A DNA stretch of 59,313 nucleotides, counting the filler, from Candidatus Lindowbacteria bacterium RIFCSPLOWO2_12_FULL_62_27 (GTDB lineage: Bacteria; Lindowbacteria; 2-12-FULL-62-27): the NCBI GenBank assembly GCA_001784175.1. It is 4 parts of 4 records of this genome, joined end to end, with 100 filler letters (N's around TTAATTAATTAA, not from the genome) between each part and the next. Parts side by side here need not be neighbours in the genome. Positions count along the whole stretch, not along the records: positions 1 to 15,753 come from MFPR01000025.1; positions 15,854 to 29,328 come from MFPR01000032.1; 2 more parts are not named here. One strand, given 5' to 3'. The position numbers were made by a program, and so were the translations under genes. Positions 9,027 through 19,353 of this stretch are shown piece after piece. Positions within the stretch are counted from its first letter, which is position 1; each line of letters begins with the position of its first letter. The notes beneath the pieces were generated by a model. It worked only from the letters and a program-made list of their open reading frames with translations. It made no database searches and had not been told where the DNA came from.

Positions 9027-12000
9027 TCACTTAATGTACAGCTTCACCTTCACAAACCCCGCATCGACATCCGCCGCGGCCGCGTCCACCACGCCGAACG
9101 TGTCGCCGTTGTCCGGGCCGCAGCCCGTCGAGAAGGTCCACTCGACGACGCTGGCGGCCGGGTCGTTGACCGCCACGATGTTGCCCGTGTCGTCGCGGAT
9201 GGTCACGGTGGCCGTCGCGCCCGTGTGCGGCGTCACCAGCGTCGTGTCGGCTTCGGCCAGCGTGCTGTTGGCCGGAATCTTGGCGCTCAAAAACATGTTC
9301 TTTGCCGTGTCCGCGCCGTCGTTGTCGTAGCGGATCACCACCATGATCGTCGCGCCGGGGACCGTGTCGCCCGCCGCGCCGTCGTAGGTCGCCGGCGTCA
9401 GAATCGAATCGTACGCGATCAAAACGAACGCGCTCGGCTTGCCCTTGATCGTCAGCGCCCCCGCGGAATTGATGTCGGTGTCCGGGACCTGGCCGCCGAG
9501 AACATGCGCGACGCCGCCGGCGGCGACCTTGGCGTCGAGCTGTTCACCCGCGGGCGCCGAATCGGCCGCGCGGAAACTCACGAGAAAATCGCGGGTGTCG
9601 CCGGGATTGAACGCCTGATACGCGGGCGGAATCGACAGCGTGACGACCCCCGTGCCCGTCGCGCTCGCGCTGTCGAGCAGCGTGTCGATCGCGGGCTCAA
9701 AGACGCCCTTGGCGCCGTTGTCCAGCCAGAGCCTGAATCCCGTGCCGGCGAGATGGGTGTCGGCGCCGAGGAGCCGCGTCACCTGAACGGCCGTGGCCGT
9801 GTCGGTGGGGCTTGCGTTGTCGTTCGGTTTGCCATTCAGGATCGAGAACGCGAGCACGGCGGCGGTCTCGCCCTGCCGAATCTGCGTGTCTGCGACCTGC
9901 CGCGCGATCAGTTCGAGCGCGGCGCCGACCTTGAGCGTGAGCCGCTCCGTGTCCGTCGGATTGGCGGGGTCGGTGTAATCGAACTGCACCGTCTCGCCGG
10001 CCTGCGCGGACATCCGGCCGCTGCCGCTTCCGCTGTCGGCGGCGTTGCCGCTGAACCGGAACACAGCCTCGAACACCGCGTCGTCCGTGTCCTTCTCCGC
10101 GAGCGTCACCGTCTCCTGTTCGCTCGACGCGAGATTGGTGACGCGCACCGTCAGCGTTTCGGCCAGCGAGGGATTGGCATTCACGCCCGTGTCCGTCACA
10201 CGCAATGTCACCGAATCGCCCGGCTCCACGTCCAGCGCCGGCGCCGTCTCTCCGAGGATCAGCGCGTCCAGGACGCCGGCCGGCTCCGTCGGCATCGTCC
10301 ATTTCGTGTCGCTGAAAAAGGACTCGTTGGGAAATACGGCCGAGTCGAGCGACGTGGCGCGGTAGTAATACGTTTTGGCGACGGCGACGTTCGTGTCCGT
10401 CCACGTCGTGTCCGACGCGGCCGTCTGTTTGACGAGATTGGCCGGATTTGCCCAGTGGGACGTGTCGGGTGCGTCGACGAGGCGGTAAATGTTGAGGCCG
10501 CCAAATCCCACCGCGACGCCGTTGGTCTCCTCGTTCAATGTCGGGACCGCCCATGTGAGCGTGATCTTCAGCAGCACGCCCGTGTCCAGTGACAAACTCA
10601 CCACTCCCGGCGCCGTCGTATCCGCGCCCGCCGCCGTGTCGACCACGCCGAGGCGATAGGGCCGCCAGAGCACGGAATCGGCGTTGGCCGTCTGAAAGAT
10701 TCTGTTATTGATCGCCGCCTCGTTTGCCGTGCCCCACCAGTTTCGGGTGAAGGTCTGCAAGCCCGTCGACGGCGCCTGAACGTACGCGCCGCTGTCGGCG
10801 CCGCCCGACGGCTGGATATTGTTTTTCTCGACGACGGCGCCGGTCGCCGCCGACGTGAGATAGATCTGATACTGGGTGTTGAGCATCACGTCGTTTTGCG
10901 TCACGACGTTGTTGGCGGCCTGGACGTAGATGCCGTTGGTCGTGTTCGAGTTGGCGGCGTTGTGCGCGACGAGATTGCCGGTTGAGTTTAGCCCCAGACT
11001 GATGCCGTAGGCGTTTGCGGTCGTCCGGTTGCTGAACACCCGGTTGCCGGTCGATCCCGTGGTCAGAATGATGCCCCGGCTCGAGTTGGAGTTGGCCGAG
11101 TTGCCGTTCACCGTGTTGTTCACGGAACCGACCAGATTGACGCCGTTGGTGGCGTTGGAGTTGGCCGTGTTGCCGCTCACGGTGTTGCCCGTGCAGTACG
11201 ACAGCGTGATCCCGTTGGCCGAATTCAGATTTGCGATGTTGTTCGACACGGTGTTCGAGTCGGAGTCTTCCAGATAAATGCCGTCGCTCAAGCACGCCCC
11301 GGCGCTGTCGTTTTCGATCCGGGACGACGTCACCGCCGACCAGTAAATCCCGTAATCCGCCCCCGCCACGCCGAGGTTCTTGACGACCAGCGCCGTTCGC
11401 GCCGCGGCATAGACGCCGTATATCCCCGCCGCCAGTCCCGGAGGGTCGATGACCGTGCTCGCCGAGTCCTTGCCGATAAGCGTGATGTTGTCGGTGTTGA
11501 TGACCACCGTCTCAGTGTAGAGTCCCGCGTCCACCAAGACCGTGTCCCCCGGCGTCGCAAACTGCAAAGCCTTCGTGATCGTTCTGAACGGAAACGCCTG
11601 AGAGCCGTTGCCGCCCGTGTCGCTTCCCGTTGTGCCCGCGAACACGTCACCCACAATCGACCCGTCGTTCACGTACCAGTTCACCTGCGACGCCGCCATA
11701 GCCGTATCGGACGGCTGGCTGTCGCTGTAGAACGACTCATTTATATATGGAGAGGCGGTATCGTACGCCGTCACGCGGTAGTAGTACACCTGACCCAGCA
11801 CCACGCTTGTGTCCGTCCACTGCGCCGTCGGCGCCGTCACCTGCGCCACCTGCAGCCACAGCGACGTGTCCTTCACCGCGCTTCGGTAGACTCTGTATCC
11901 CCCCAAGTCCCCTTGTCCCGCCGTCCCCTCGTCGCCCAGCGTGACCGCCGCCCACTCGATCTTGATTGTCGTGTCGCTCGGCGCACCGATGATAGCCACC

Positions 12001-15000
12001 GTATCCGGCGCTTTCGGCGCGCTCGTGTCGGCGCCAGGGGTCGTGTCCACCGCGCCGAGCCGGAACGGCGTGAAGGCGATCGAGTCGGCGCCGATACCTT
12101 TGATCATTCCCCTGATGACCGTCGAGTCGGTCGTCCCGACCCCGCCTCGCATCCAGTAGTTGCGGGTGAAGTCGAACCGGCTCCCTGTCGCGTTACGGAC
12201 GCCCGAGTCGATATAGGCGGCATACGGTGAGGTGATGCCGATGTTCTTGGAGAACGTATCGCCTGTAGAGGTCGGCGTGCCGCCGTCATCGATCAAGAAT
12301 CCCCAACCGGCATTCGAGTCCGCGGTGTTCTGGCGGAAGACGTTGAAACTGGAACCACTTCCTCCGCCGTCGTCGGTCAGACCGAATCCCGCAGTCCCAT
12401 TGTTCCGACTGGTGTTCGAGGTGAGATTGTTGTAGCTCGACGCGAGGAGGTAAATCCCCACGCCCGAATTGCCCGATGCGGTGTTCGAGGCGAGCGTGTT
12501 ACTGACCGACGCATCGATGTGAAACCCGTAACTCAAATTGCCCGAGCTTCTGTTCGAGGTGAGCGTGTTGCTATTCGACGAGTAGAGGTAAATCCCCACG
12601 TTCGAATTGCCAGAACTGACGTTCGATGTCAGCGTGTTGTTGCTCGACGACGTGAGGTAAATGCCGTAGGTCGAATTGCCCGAACTGGTGTTCGATATCA
12701 GCGTGTTGTTGCTCGACGCGAATAGGGCAACCCCGGAACTCGAATTGCCCGATGTGGTGTTCGATGTGAGTGTGTTGTTGCTCGATGACGTAAGGTAAAT
12801 ACCGTTGCTCGTATTGCCCGAACCGGCGTTCGAGGTGAGCGTGTTGCCGGAACTGCCGTTCTCCAGAAAGATGCCGTATCCCCCGTTTGAACTTGCACTG
12901 TCCCCGGTCAACGTCGAACTATCGACGTTGACAAGTTTAATACCGTGATACGCCCCCGTCACGCCGATGTTCTGAATCCGAAGCCCGACTTGCGTGTCCG
13001 CATATATTCCGTAGAGGCCGGAGAGCGTCTTGGCCCCCGGCGGGTCGATGATGGTCGATGCCGAGTCCTTACCGACGAGCGTGATGCTGTCCACCGTGAT
13101 GTTCACACCAGCTGTCTCCGTCGCGCCGATACGCACGAACGAGTCATACAATCCCGCGTCGATGTAGATGGTGTCGCCCGCCGTCGCGAACCGCATTGCC
13201 ATCGGGATGCTCCGGAACGGGAACGAGATGGTGCCGAGGCCGATTGTGTCGCTGCCAACCGCGCCGGTGTACACGTCGCCTGAAATCGACGTGTCGTTCA
13301 CGTACCAGTTCACCTGCGATACGGCCTGTGCGCTGTCGAATGGCTGACTGTCGCTGTAGAATGACTCATTAAGATATGGAGAGGCGGTGTCGTATGCCGT
13401 CACTCGGTAGAAGTAGTTCACGCCCAGCGTCACGGCCGTGTCCGTCCACTGCGTCGTCACCGATGAGACGTCCGCCACCTTGAGCCATGATGACGTGTCT
13501 TTCACAAGGCTACGGTATATGCGGTATCCCGCGAGGCCGACGGCACCGCCGTTTGAATCTTCCTGCGTCGTCGATTCGCCCCACGCGATTGTGATTATCG
13601 TGTCGCTTGGCCCCAGCACCGCCACCGTGTCCGGCGCTTTCGGGGCGGTTGTGTCGGCGCCCGCGTCCGTGTCGACTTGCCCCAGCCGGAACGGTTGCCA
13701 GATCACGGAATCGCCGTTCGATGCCTGAAATATCATCTGCTTGATCCGCGCCGTATCGGTCGAGTTCCACCAGTTACGGGTGAATGTGAATTTGTTGGTC
13801 GCCGAAGTCGAACCGTTATAGACCCCGCTGTCGGGATTCGTCCCGGACGGAACGATGTTGTTCTTCTGGACAGTGTCGGATGAGGACGCCAACGCGATGG
13901 AAATTTGGTACTCCGTGTTGTTCCTCACGTCATTTTGAACCACCGTGTTGTTCGAACTCGAAGCCAGACGGATGCCGGCGAGCACATTTGAACTGACCGT
14001 GTTGTTGCTCACCGTGTTGTTTGAACTCGAATTCAGAGAGATACCGTAGTTCGTATTTGAACTGGCCGTGTTGTTGCTCACCGTGTTGCCGTTCGAACTC
14101 GCAGCCAACTCGATGCCGTACTGCGAATTCAAATTAACCGTGTTGTTGTTTACCGTATTGTTTGAACTCGAATTCAAAGCGATGCCCCACACCGCGTTCG
14201 AATCGGTCCTGTTGCCGCTTACCGTATTCGTGTCGGAACCGTTCGAAAGATATATTCCCGCATAGCCGCAAATACCGGCGCTGTCATTCGAAATCGTCGA
14301 CCGGTCCACGTTGATGAAATAGATGCCGTTGTACGCGTCCTTCACACCGAGGTTCGTGATTCGCAGGCCGACCTGCGTGTCGGCGTAGATGCCGTAGAGG
14401 CTGATGAGTGTGTTCGCGCCCGGCGGGTCGATCACCGTCGACGTCGAGTCCTTGCCGATGAGCGTGATGCTGTCCTTGTCGATGTTGACTCCGACCGTCT
14501 CCGTGCCGTTCACAGTCACAAACGAGTCATACAGCCCGGCGTCGATGAAGATCGTGTCCCCGGCCGTCGCGAGCTGCATCGCCTTCACCAGACTCCTCCA
14601 TGGATTCGCCGGACTTCCGTTCCCTGTGACATCCGACCCGACCGCCGTCGTGAAACTGTCGCCTGACGTGGACGTGTCGTTGACATACCAGTTCACCGTC
14701 GATTGCATCTGCGCGGAATCGTACGGCTGTGAATCTGAATAGAACGACTCGTTCACGAACGTCGCCGTGTCGAACGCCGTCACGCGGTAGTAGTAGTTCG
14801 TCAGGAGCGCAACGCTTGTGTCCTGATACCGGATGGTCGACGACGACACCTGCGCGACCTGCGTCCACGACGACGTGTCTTTGACGGCGCTGCGGTACAC
14901 GCGATACCCCGCCACACCCGCCGACCCGCCGTTGACCTCCTCGAGCGTGCTCACCGCGCTCCACTCGATGATGATAGAAGTGTCGCTCGGCGCACCGACC

Positions 15001-15752
15001 ACCGCCACCGTATCCGGCGCGGCCGGCGCAGTCGTGTCGGCGCCGGCGCCGGTATCGATCACCGCAAGCCGCCAGGGCGTCCACACGCTCGCCGTGTCGC
15101 TCACCTTCACCTTGATCGCCGCTGAATCGGCCGATCCGAACCAGTTGCGGGTAAGAGTCTGGGCGAGGCCGGCGGCGTTGTAGACGTCATTGACGATGTT
15201 GCCGGAAAGATAATTTTTGGTGACGACATTTCCGATCGAGGCGCCGGAGAACAAGACACCTGTGTCGTTGCCGGAAATGTCGTTCTGCGTGACCACGTTC
15301 GAGTCCGATACCCAGAACCGCAGACCCGTCTGTGTGTTCTGGTGTATCAGATTGTAACGCACGGTATTGGCGTTGGATGTGTCCGCCAACTGGATGCCGA
15401 TTTCCAGATTGAATTGCAAGACGTTGCTTTCCAACACATTATTTCCGGATGCCGACAACACGATGCCGTTGTATGTGTCTGATTTTGCCTCGTTCGATCT
15501 AACAGTGTTGCCGTGGCTCGCCGAGAGCTTGATCCCATCCCCGTTCACGTCGCACGTGTTGCTGTCAATCGTGTTCGTATCCCCGGCGGAAAGATAGATG
15601 CCAACCGTGTCGCTCCACTTCACCGTGTTGGCGGTGATGGAGTTCTTCGAGGCCACATCCAGATGGATACCGTACTGGCGGTTCCATCGCGCGGCGTTGC
15701 CGGTGACCGTGTCGCCTGTCGCCGAATTCGACAACCGGACTCCGGCCTCCCG
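9027..15752 (-). CDS. Giant secreted parallel beta-helix (NosD/PbH1-like) + FN3 protein, 5' truncated by the contig end
   Basis: Repeated module WYVNDxS..GD...TAGDTI.IDAGLY + GIxLxxSSNNTxxxN coils + (F/L)TRNWW + FN3 (GYRVYRS...YYYRVTAxD). Ends in Ig-like domains and a GDTVPGATI...YDNDG domain. Confidence 0.88.
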   Translation of the reverse strand, partial: REAGVRLSNSATGDTVTGNAARWNRQYGIHLDVASKNSITANTVKWSDTVGIYLSAGDTNTIDSNTCDVNGDGIKLSASHGNTVRSNEAKSDTYNGIVLSASGNNVLESNVLQFNLEIGIQLADTSNANTVRYNLIHQNTQTGLRFWVSDSNVVTQNDISGNDTGVLFSGASIGNVVTKNYLSGNIVNDVYNAAGLAQTLTRNWFGSADSAAIKVKVSDTASVWTPWRLAVIDTGAGADTTAPAAPDTVAVVGAPSDTSIIIEWSAVSTLEEVNGGSAGVAGYRVYRSAVKDTSSWTQVAQVSSSTIRYQDTSVALLTNYYYRVTAFDTATFVNESFYSDSQPYDSAQMQSTVNWYVNDTSTSGDSFTTAVGSDVTGNGSPANPWRSLVKAMQLATAGDTIFIDAGLYDSFVTVNGTETVGVNIDKDSITLIGKDSTSTVIDPPGANTLISLYGIYADTQVGLRITNLGVKDAYNGIYFINVDRSTISNDSAGICGYAGIYLSNGSDTNTVSGNRTDSNAVWGIALNSSSNNTVNNNTVNLNSQYGIELAASSNGNTVSNNTASSNTNYGISLNSSSNNTVSNNTVSSNVLAGIRLASSSNNTVVQNDVRNNTEYQISIALASSSDTVQKNNIVPSGTNPDSGVYNGSTSATNKFTFTRNWWNSTDTARIKQMIFQASNGDSVIWQPFRLGQVDTDAGADTTAPKAPDTVAVLGPSDTIITIAWGESTTQEDSNGGAVGLAGYRIYRSLVKDTSSWLKVADVSSVTTQWTDTAVTLGVNYFYRVTAYDTASPYLNESFYSDSQPFDSAQAVSQVNWYVNDTSISGDVYTGAVGSDTIGLGTISFPFRSIPMAMRFATAGDTIYIDAGLYDSFVRIGATETAGVNITVDSITLVGKDSASTIIDPPGAKTLSGLYGIYADTQVGLRIQNIGVTGAYHGIKLVNVDSSTLTGDSASSNGGYGIFLENGSSGNTLTSNAGSGNTSNGIYLTSSSNNTLTSNTTSGNSSSGVALFASSNNTLISNTSSGNSTYGIYLTSSSNNTLTSNVSSGNSNVGIYLYSSNSNTLTSNRSSGNLSYGFHIDASVSNTLASNTASGNSGVGIYLLASSYNNLTSNTSRNNGTAGFGLTDDGGGSGSSFNVFRQNTADSNAGWGFLIDDGGTPTSTGDTFSKNIGITSPYAAYIDSGVRNATGSRFDFTRNYWMRGGVGTTDSTVIRGMIKGIGADSIAFTPFRLGAVDTTPGADTSAPKAPDTVAIIGAPSDTTIKIEWAAVTLGDEGTAGQGDLGGYRVYRSAVKDTSLWLQVAQVTAPTAQWTDTSVVLGQVYYYRVTAYDTASPYINESFYSDSQPSDTAMAASQVNWYVNDGSIVGDVFAGTTGSDTGGNGSQAFPFRTITKALQFATPGDTVLVDAGLYTETVVINTDNITLIGKDSASTVIDPPGLAAGIYGVYAAARTALVVKNLGVAGADYGIYWSAVTSSRIENDSAGACLSDGIYLEDSDSNTVSNNIANLNSANGITLSYCTGNTVSGNTANSNATNGVNLVGSVNNTVNGNSANSNSSRGIILTTGSTGNRVFSNRTTANAYGISLGLNSTGNLVAHNAANSNTTNGIYVQAANNVVTQNDVMLNTQYQIYLTSAATGAVVEKNNIQPSGGADSGAYVQAPSTGLQTFTRNWWGTANEAAINNRIFQTANADSVLWRPYRLGVVDTAAGADTTAPGVVSLSLDTGVLLKITLTWAVPTLNEETNGVAVGFGGLNIYRLVDAPDTSHWANPANLVKQTAASDTTWTDTNVAVAKTYYYRATSLDSAVFPNESFFSDTKWTMPTEPAGVLDALILGETAPALDVEPGDSVTLRVTDTGVNANPSLAETLTVRVTNLASSEQETVTLAEKDTDDAVFEAVFRFSGNAADSGSGSGRMSAQAGETVQFDYTDPANPTDTERLTLKVGAALELIARQVADTQIRQGETAAVLAFSILNGKPNDNASPTDTATAVQVTRLLGADTHLAGTGFRLWLDNGAKGVFEPAIDTLLDSASATGTGVVTLSIPPAYQAFNPGDTRDFLVSFRAADSAPAGEQLDAKVAAGGVAHVLGGQVPDTDINSAGALTIKGKPSAFVLIAYDSILTPATYDGAAGDTVPGATIMVVIRYDNDGADTAKNMFLSAKIPANSTLAEADTTLVTPHTGATATVTIRDDTGNIVAVNDPAASVVEWTFSTGCGPDNGDTFGVVDAAAADVDAGFVKVKLYIK

Positions 15753-15753
15753 G

Positions 15754-15853
15754 NNNNNNNNNNNNNNNNNNNNNNNNNNNNNNNNNNNNNNNNNNNNTTA
15801 ATTAATTAANNNNNNNNNNNNNNNNNNNNNNNNNNNNNNNNNNNNNNNNNNNN
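15754..15853. other. Artificial contig spacer
   Basis: N-run surrounding TTAATTAATTAA (stops in all six frames), 100 nt, identical at three places. Confidence 0.97.
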
Positions 15854-15945
15854 CCGTAAGCCCTGCGCTGAATGACGCGGACCTTGTTGTTGAGACCCTC
15901 CATGAATCCGAGAGAGACTTTGTTGTCGGGATGGCAGTAACTGGT
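15854..15945 (-). mobile_element. ISL3-family transposase C-terminal fragment
   Basis: SYCHPDNKVSLGFMEGLNNKVRVIQRRAYG matches the ISL3 C-terminal EGxNNKIxxIxRxAYG motif. It lies at a contig edge and has no upstream transposase sequence. Confidence 0.75.
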
Positions 15946-15955
15946 CCTCGACTCA

Positions 15956-16813
15956 TTGTTCGGAAGTTGGTCGGGTGTTGTGAGCACCCAGTGGCTGCTT
16001 TATCAGGGCGGGGCTTATTTGGATGTCCCCAAGCGGCCAACCGCCGCTGTCCGGAAGCAACCCGTCAAGACGACGGATCCCAGCCGTGGGAATAAGGTTG
16101 CGAAGTCCCCGTCTTATCCGGGAGTTCCGTCGGGACGCGATGTTTCGGCAGGGTCCCCCACGACGCTGTCTAGGCAGCAAGTGAACAGAGGCAACCAGCT
16201 TACAGCGCGGCCCAAGGATTGCTATACGCCTTATGTACAAGCCGCGATGCGCCTTTGGATGAAGGATTATCACAATGTGGCGAGGGATATCCGGGGTCAG
16301 ATTCTCTCATACGTTGATCGAAAGGAATATGTGATGCGAGTTCGGCACGGTCTTGGCAAACTGGCATATGTGAAAGGCGATCTCAAGATGACTTTTTTGA
16401 ATGGGAGGATCGAGTTGCCTCTCGATTATGACTGGGATGACACTCGGCCGTCGAAACCGCCGACGGAAAACATGGAACGAATCGAGAGATGGATTCAGAA
16501 AACGGCCGCCGGGGAAAAAATGAAAACTGCATTGACCAGCGAGGAGAGGAGTCTTTTTCAGTACCCCCGGGTTCGATTGAACACAGAAATTCAACGTCAG
16601 ACAAACCTGTCCACGCAGATATATTATTGGCAAAATCTCCTGAAGAATTACGAACGACGTGCTGACAATGAAATTTCTGACACCGTCGCTCGCTTAACCG
16701 CCTTGGGCGCCGTATCCCATCTTCATAACAGTCTGACACGGATCGCCCATGACACCGAATTGCTGCCCCAATTGATAATCTTGGAAAAGGCGCTGAATAC
16801 TCTTACACAATAG
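15956..16813 (+). CDS. Hypothetical protein (lower GC, start uncertain)
   Basis: 285-codon ORF with no recognised motif, lying next to the IS remnant. Confidence 0.5.
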   Translation: MFGSWSGVVSTQWLLYQGGAYLDVPKRPTAAVRKQPVKTTDPSRGNKVAKSPSYPGVPSGRDVSAGSPTTLSRQQVNRGNQLTARPKDCYTPYVQAAMRLWMKDYHNVARDIRGQILSYVDRKEYVMRVRHGLGKLAYVKGDLKMTFLNGRIELPLDYDWDDTRPSKPPTENMERIERWIQKTAAGEKMKTALTSEERSLFQYPRVRLNTEIQRQTNLSTQIYYWQNLLKNYERRADNEISDTVARLTALGAVSHLHNSLTRIAHDTELLPQLIILEKALNTLTQ

Positions 16814-17002
16814 TCATAGATTTTGTCTACTTGAGGAACTCAACGAGAGGCGACGGGCTTCACTGCGCTCCCTCGTGCGGCGGCTCCGGCAGTTCCGCAG
16901 TGCAGACCAGACCGTAAGTTGTTAAGTTGTTTCCTATCCATCCGGACATCAAAGCAATAAGATCGGATTTCAAGCGGCCTTTATCTGTTTGGGGACCACG
17001 GG

Positions 17003-17054
17003 GGACCACGGTGCCAGGCGTTGAATAGTTGAATAAAAATTGAAAGCGCGATTC
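17003..17054 (+). repeat. 52-bp direct repeat, left copy
   Basis: GGACCACGGTGCCAGGCGTTGAATAGTTGAATAAAAATTGAAAGCGCGATTC; 50/52 identical to 17745-17796. Confidence 0.92.
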
Positions 17055-17199
17055 CGGTTTCAAGTTGGCCAGGACGATTTCCGGGATTTGTCCCGGCGAT
17101 TGGCATGGTTCATTCGGAACGTCGGGGGCGGTTGACGGAAGCTACCTTTTGCCGGATAATCGGACGGTATAGTATAAATTTATCGGAGGGGTAGAGGTA

Positions 17200-17469
17200 A
17201 TGCCGATCATATCCATGTTTTACGGGATCATCGTGTCGTTGTATTTTGTGGACAACAAGCAGCACAATCGGCCGCATATTCACGTTAGGTTTCAGGAAGA
17301 CGAGGCGGTGTTGTCGATTCCCGACGGCGAATTGCTGGAAGGGGGATTGCCGCCGGCCAAGATGCGGTTGGCGCTTGCGTGGATCGAAATTCACAAGGAC
17401 GAATTGATAGCGGATTGGGAGCTGGCTGTCAGCGGACAGCAGCCGTTCAAGATTGAGCCGTTGAGGTGA
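17200..17469 (+). CDS. DUF4160-family protein (putative TA toxin)
   Basis: MPIISMFYGIIV...HNRPHIHV...GELLEGGLP...AWIEIHKDELIADWE...KIEPL, with an SD upstream. Confidence 0.88.
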   Translation: MPIISMFYGIIVSLYFVDNKQHNRPHIHVRFQEDEAVLSIPDGELLEGGLPPAKMRLALAWIEIHKDELIADWELAVSGQQPFKIEPLR

Positions 17470-17473
17470 GCGT

Positions 17474-17734
17474 ATGAATCCCAGAGTGAAGGCCGTGACG
17501 GCCGCGAAACCATATCTGTTGGAAATTGAGTTCACCAACGGCGATTCGGGTGTGTACGACTGTACGCCCCTTCTGGATTTCGGCGTTTTCAAAGAACTCC
17601 GGGAAATCGCCTACTTCCGGCAGGCCAAAGTCGTGAACGGTACCGTTGCATGGCCTCGTGACCAGGATATCTGCCCCGACACCTTGTACTTGGACTCCAA
17701 AAAACATCGCTCGCCCGTCGAGTCGAGACAGTAA
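17474..17734 (+). CDS. DUF2442-family protein (putative antitoxin)
   Basis: VKAVTA...YLLEIEFTNG...GVFKEL...YFRQA...GTVAWP..QDICPDTLY. Confidence 0.88.
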   Translation: MNPRVKAVTAAKPYLLEIEFTNGDSGVYDCTPLLDFGVFKELREIAYFRQAKVVNGTVAWPRDQDICPDTLYLDSKKHRSPVESRQ

Positions 17735-17744
17735 GCCTGTTGCC

Positions 17745-17796
17745 GGACCACGGTGCTAGGCGTTGAATAATTGAATAAAAATTGAAAGCGCGATTC
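17745..17796 (+). repeat. 52-bp direct repeat, right copy
   Basis: Two mismatches against 17003-17054. Confidence 0.92.
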
Positions 17797-17806
17797 GCAG
17801 ACCTCG

Positions 17807-18022
17807 CTACCGCTCAGATGCGTTGCGCGGAATGGGCCCGCCGTTTTTCGGCGGGCCGAAGGTGAGAAAATCCCGGTACAGCGCGGCCATGGCCCGCGCC
17901 GGCCGGCGAACCCTCATGGTCGCCGGACGGGATTTCTCCCTGGTTTTTTCAGGCAGCGTTCCGCAGCGCCTGCAAAAAAGATCCGCTTTACGGAGGCCGG
18001 CTCCGCAGGGGACGCACTTCAT
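17807..18022 (-). CDS. Small zinc-ribbon protein
   Basis: MKCVPCGAGLRKADLFCRRCGT (CxxC...CxxCG) at the ATG start. Confidence 0.5.
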   Translation of the reverse strand: MKCVPCGAGLRKADLFCRRCGTLPEKTREKSRPATMRVRRPARAMAALYRDFLTFGPPKNGGPIPRNASER

Positions 18023-18106
18023 GAGGACAAGCGCGAAACACGCAAGAGGGCCATTTGTCACCGTGGACTTTTTTTATTTCCCTCTCTGTAGTTAAGTCGC
18101 CGCATC

Positions 18107-18454
18107 GTGCAGATGATCCTGCTGACGGAACCGATGACGAAAACCGATCTTTGCGGGCTGGCCCGAAAGCAGTTCGGGAACATGATGAAGGCCGTGGTCG
18201 ACGTGACGCAGGAGCGCATGGCCGTCGGGGGGGAGCTTCATGCGGACGAGGAGGCGTTGCTCCTGGAGCGGGGTTCCCTGTCCGAGGATCTCTGGGGCAT
18301 CAACCTCTATCCTGACCGCGGGCGTGCGGATTGGATCGAATTTGATGCCATGATCAACATCCGCCCTTCAAGGGGAAATCGCAGCCGCGGCGTGGAAGAC
18401 GCGGCGCTGCGAAATAAAATTATGGACATCGTAAACAAATGGATTCCGGACTAA
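18107..18454 (+). CDS. DUF5674-family protein
   Basis: KAVVDV...AVGGELHADEEALLLERGS...LWGINLYP...IEFDAMINIRP..GNRSR. Confidence 0.8.
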   Translation: MQMILLTEPMTKTDLCGLARKQFGNMMKAVVDVTQERMAVGGELHADEEALLLERGSLSEDLWGINLYPDRGRADWIEFDAMINIRPSRGNRSRGVEDAALRNKIMDIVNKWIPD

Positions 18455-18786
18455 CCAGCGGGGTTCGGCATCCCGGCCTGGCCGCCGGCCGTTGGCATAC
18501 CCTGTCTTTGGCCGAGCAGATGGGGAACATCGGCAGCGAAGTCGGCCGGGCCCGCCGGTGGCGTGACCGGGACCATGGGCAGTTCGAGTCCGCGGCGTTT
18601 CGCGCGCTGGAACTATTGGAGTTGACCATCCGTGACCCGCGGTGGCGCCGGCGTTTGAAAGAGCTGACCCGCGTGAAGGAGATTTTCTGCGATGAGGTGT
18701 GGGGGTCGCGCGTCTACCAGACCAACCTTGAAGCATTAGAGCGGTATTTTAATGTGTTCGCGCTTTACGCCAGAAGGGACAAATAG
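18439..18786 (+). CDS. Conserved helical hypothetical protein overlapping the DUF5674 gene
   Basis: RWHTLSLAEQMGNIGSEVGRA...RALELLELT...LKELTRVKE. Confidence 0.75.
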   Translation: MDSGLTSGVRHPGLAAGRWHTLSLAEQMGNIGSEVGRARRWRDRDHGQFESAAFRALELLELTIRDPRWRRRLKELTRVKEIFCDEVWGSRVYQTNLEALERYFNVFALYARRDK

Positions 18787-18810
18787 GGCAGTACGATATT
18801 TCCACGATAC

Positions 18811-19353
18811 ATGGTATCGTTCCCTGCGATGGTGAAGCGCACTGCTACGCGGGAGATACGCATCCATGAGATGACGGGCGGCGTCATCCGCCGCCTCGCG
18901 ACCGCACTCGGCCGGTTGTTGATTCCTGCGAAACAAAATCGGCTTCTCAATGTGCTTCAATACTGCGTGCTCGAACTTTGTTCGAACGCGGTCGAAGCGG
19001 CCGGGCGGCGGCCCGTGCGGGTCGGGCTGGGCGTGCGCGGCGGGCGCCTCGAGGTCGAGGTGTGCGGCGATACGCGGGCCCGCCCGGCGGATTGGCGGAA
19101 CATTCAGAAGCAGCTTGCGGAAGGGGCGCGGCCCGGCGGCATCCGGGCGGCGCTTCTTGGCAGAAAAGGCGGCGGTGTTCGGACCGGCGTCGGCATCGTC
19201 AGTGTGATGACCATTCTCCGAAAACTCGGCGGATCTCAGAATTCGCTCACCTATAGAAAAAGCAAAGACGGAATCGTGACAGCGCGGCTTTGTGTCCGGC
19301 CGCCGAAGTCCAGAAAGGAAGGAACGTCTCATGGAATACGCGGCGGAAATTGA
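18811..19353 (+). CDS. GHKL/HATPase-fold protein, RsbW-like anti-sigma kinase candidate (degenerate)
   Basis: N-box ELCSNAVE and G-rich GGGVRTGVG segment, directly upstream of STAS and PP2C genes. The G1 DxG box is atypical. The start may be 18829. Confidence 0.55.
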   Translation: MVSFPAMVKRTATREIRIHEMTGGVIRRLATALGRLLIPAKQNRLLNVLQYCVLELCSNAVEAAGRRPVRVGLGVRGGRLEVEVCGDTRARPADWRNIQKQLAEGARPGGIRAALLGRKGGGVRTGVGIVSVMTILRKLGGSQNSLTYRKSKDGIVTARLCVRPPKSRKEGTSHGIRGGN

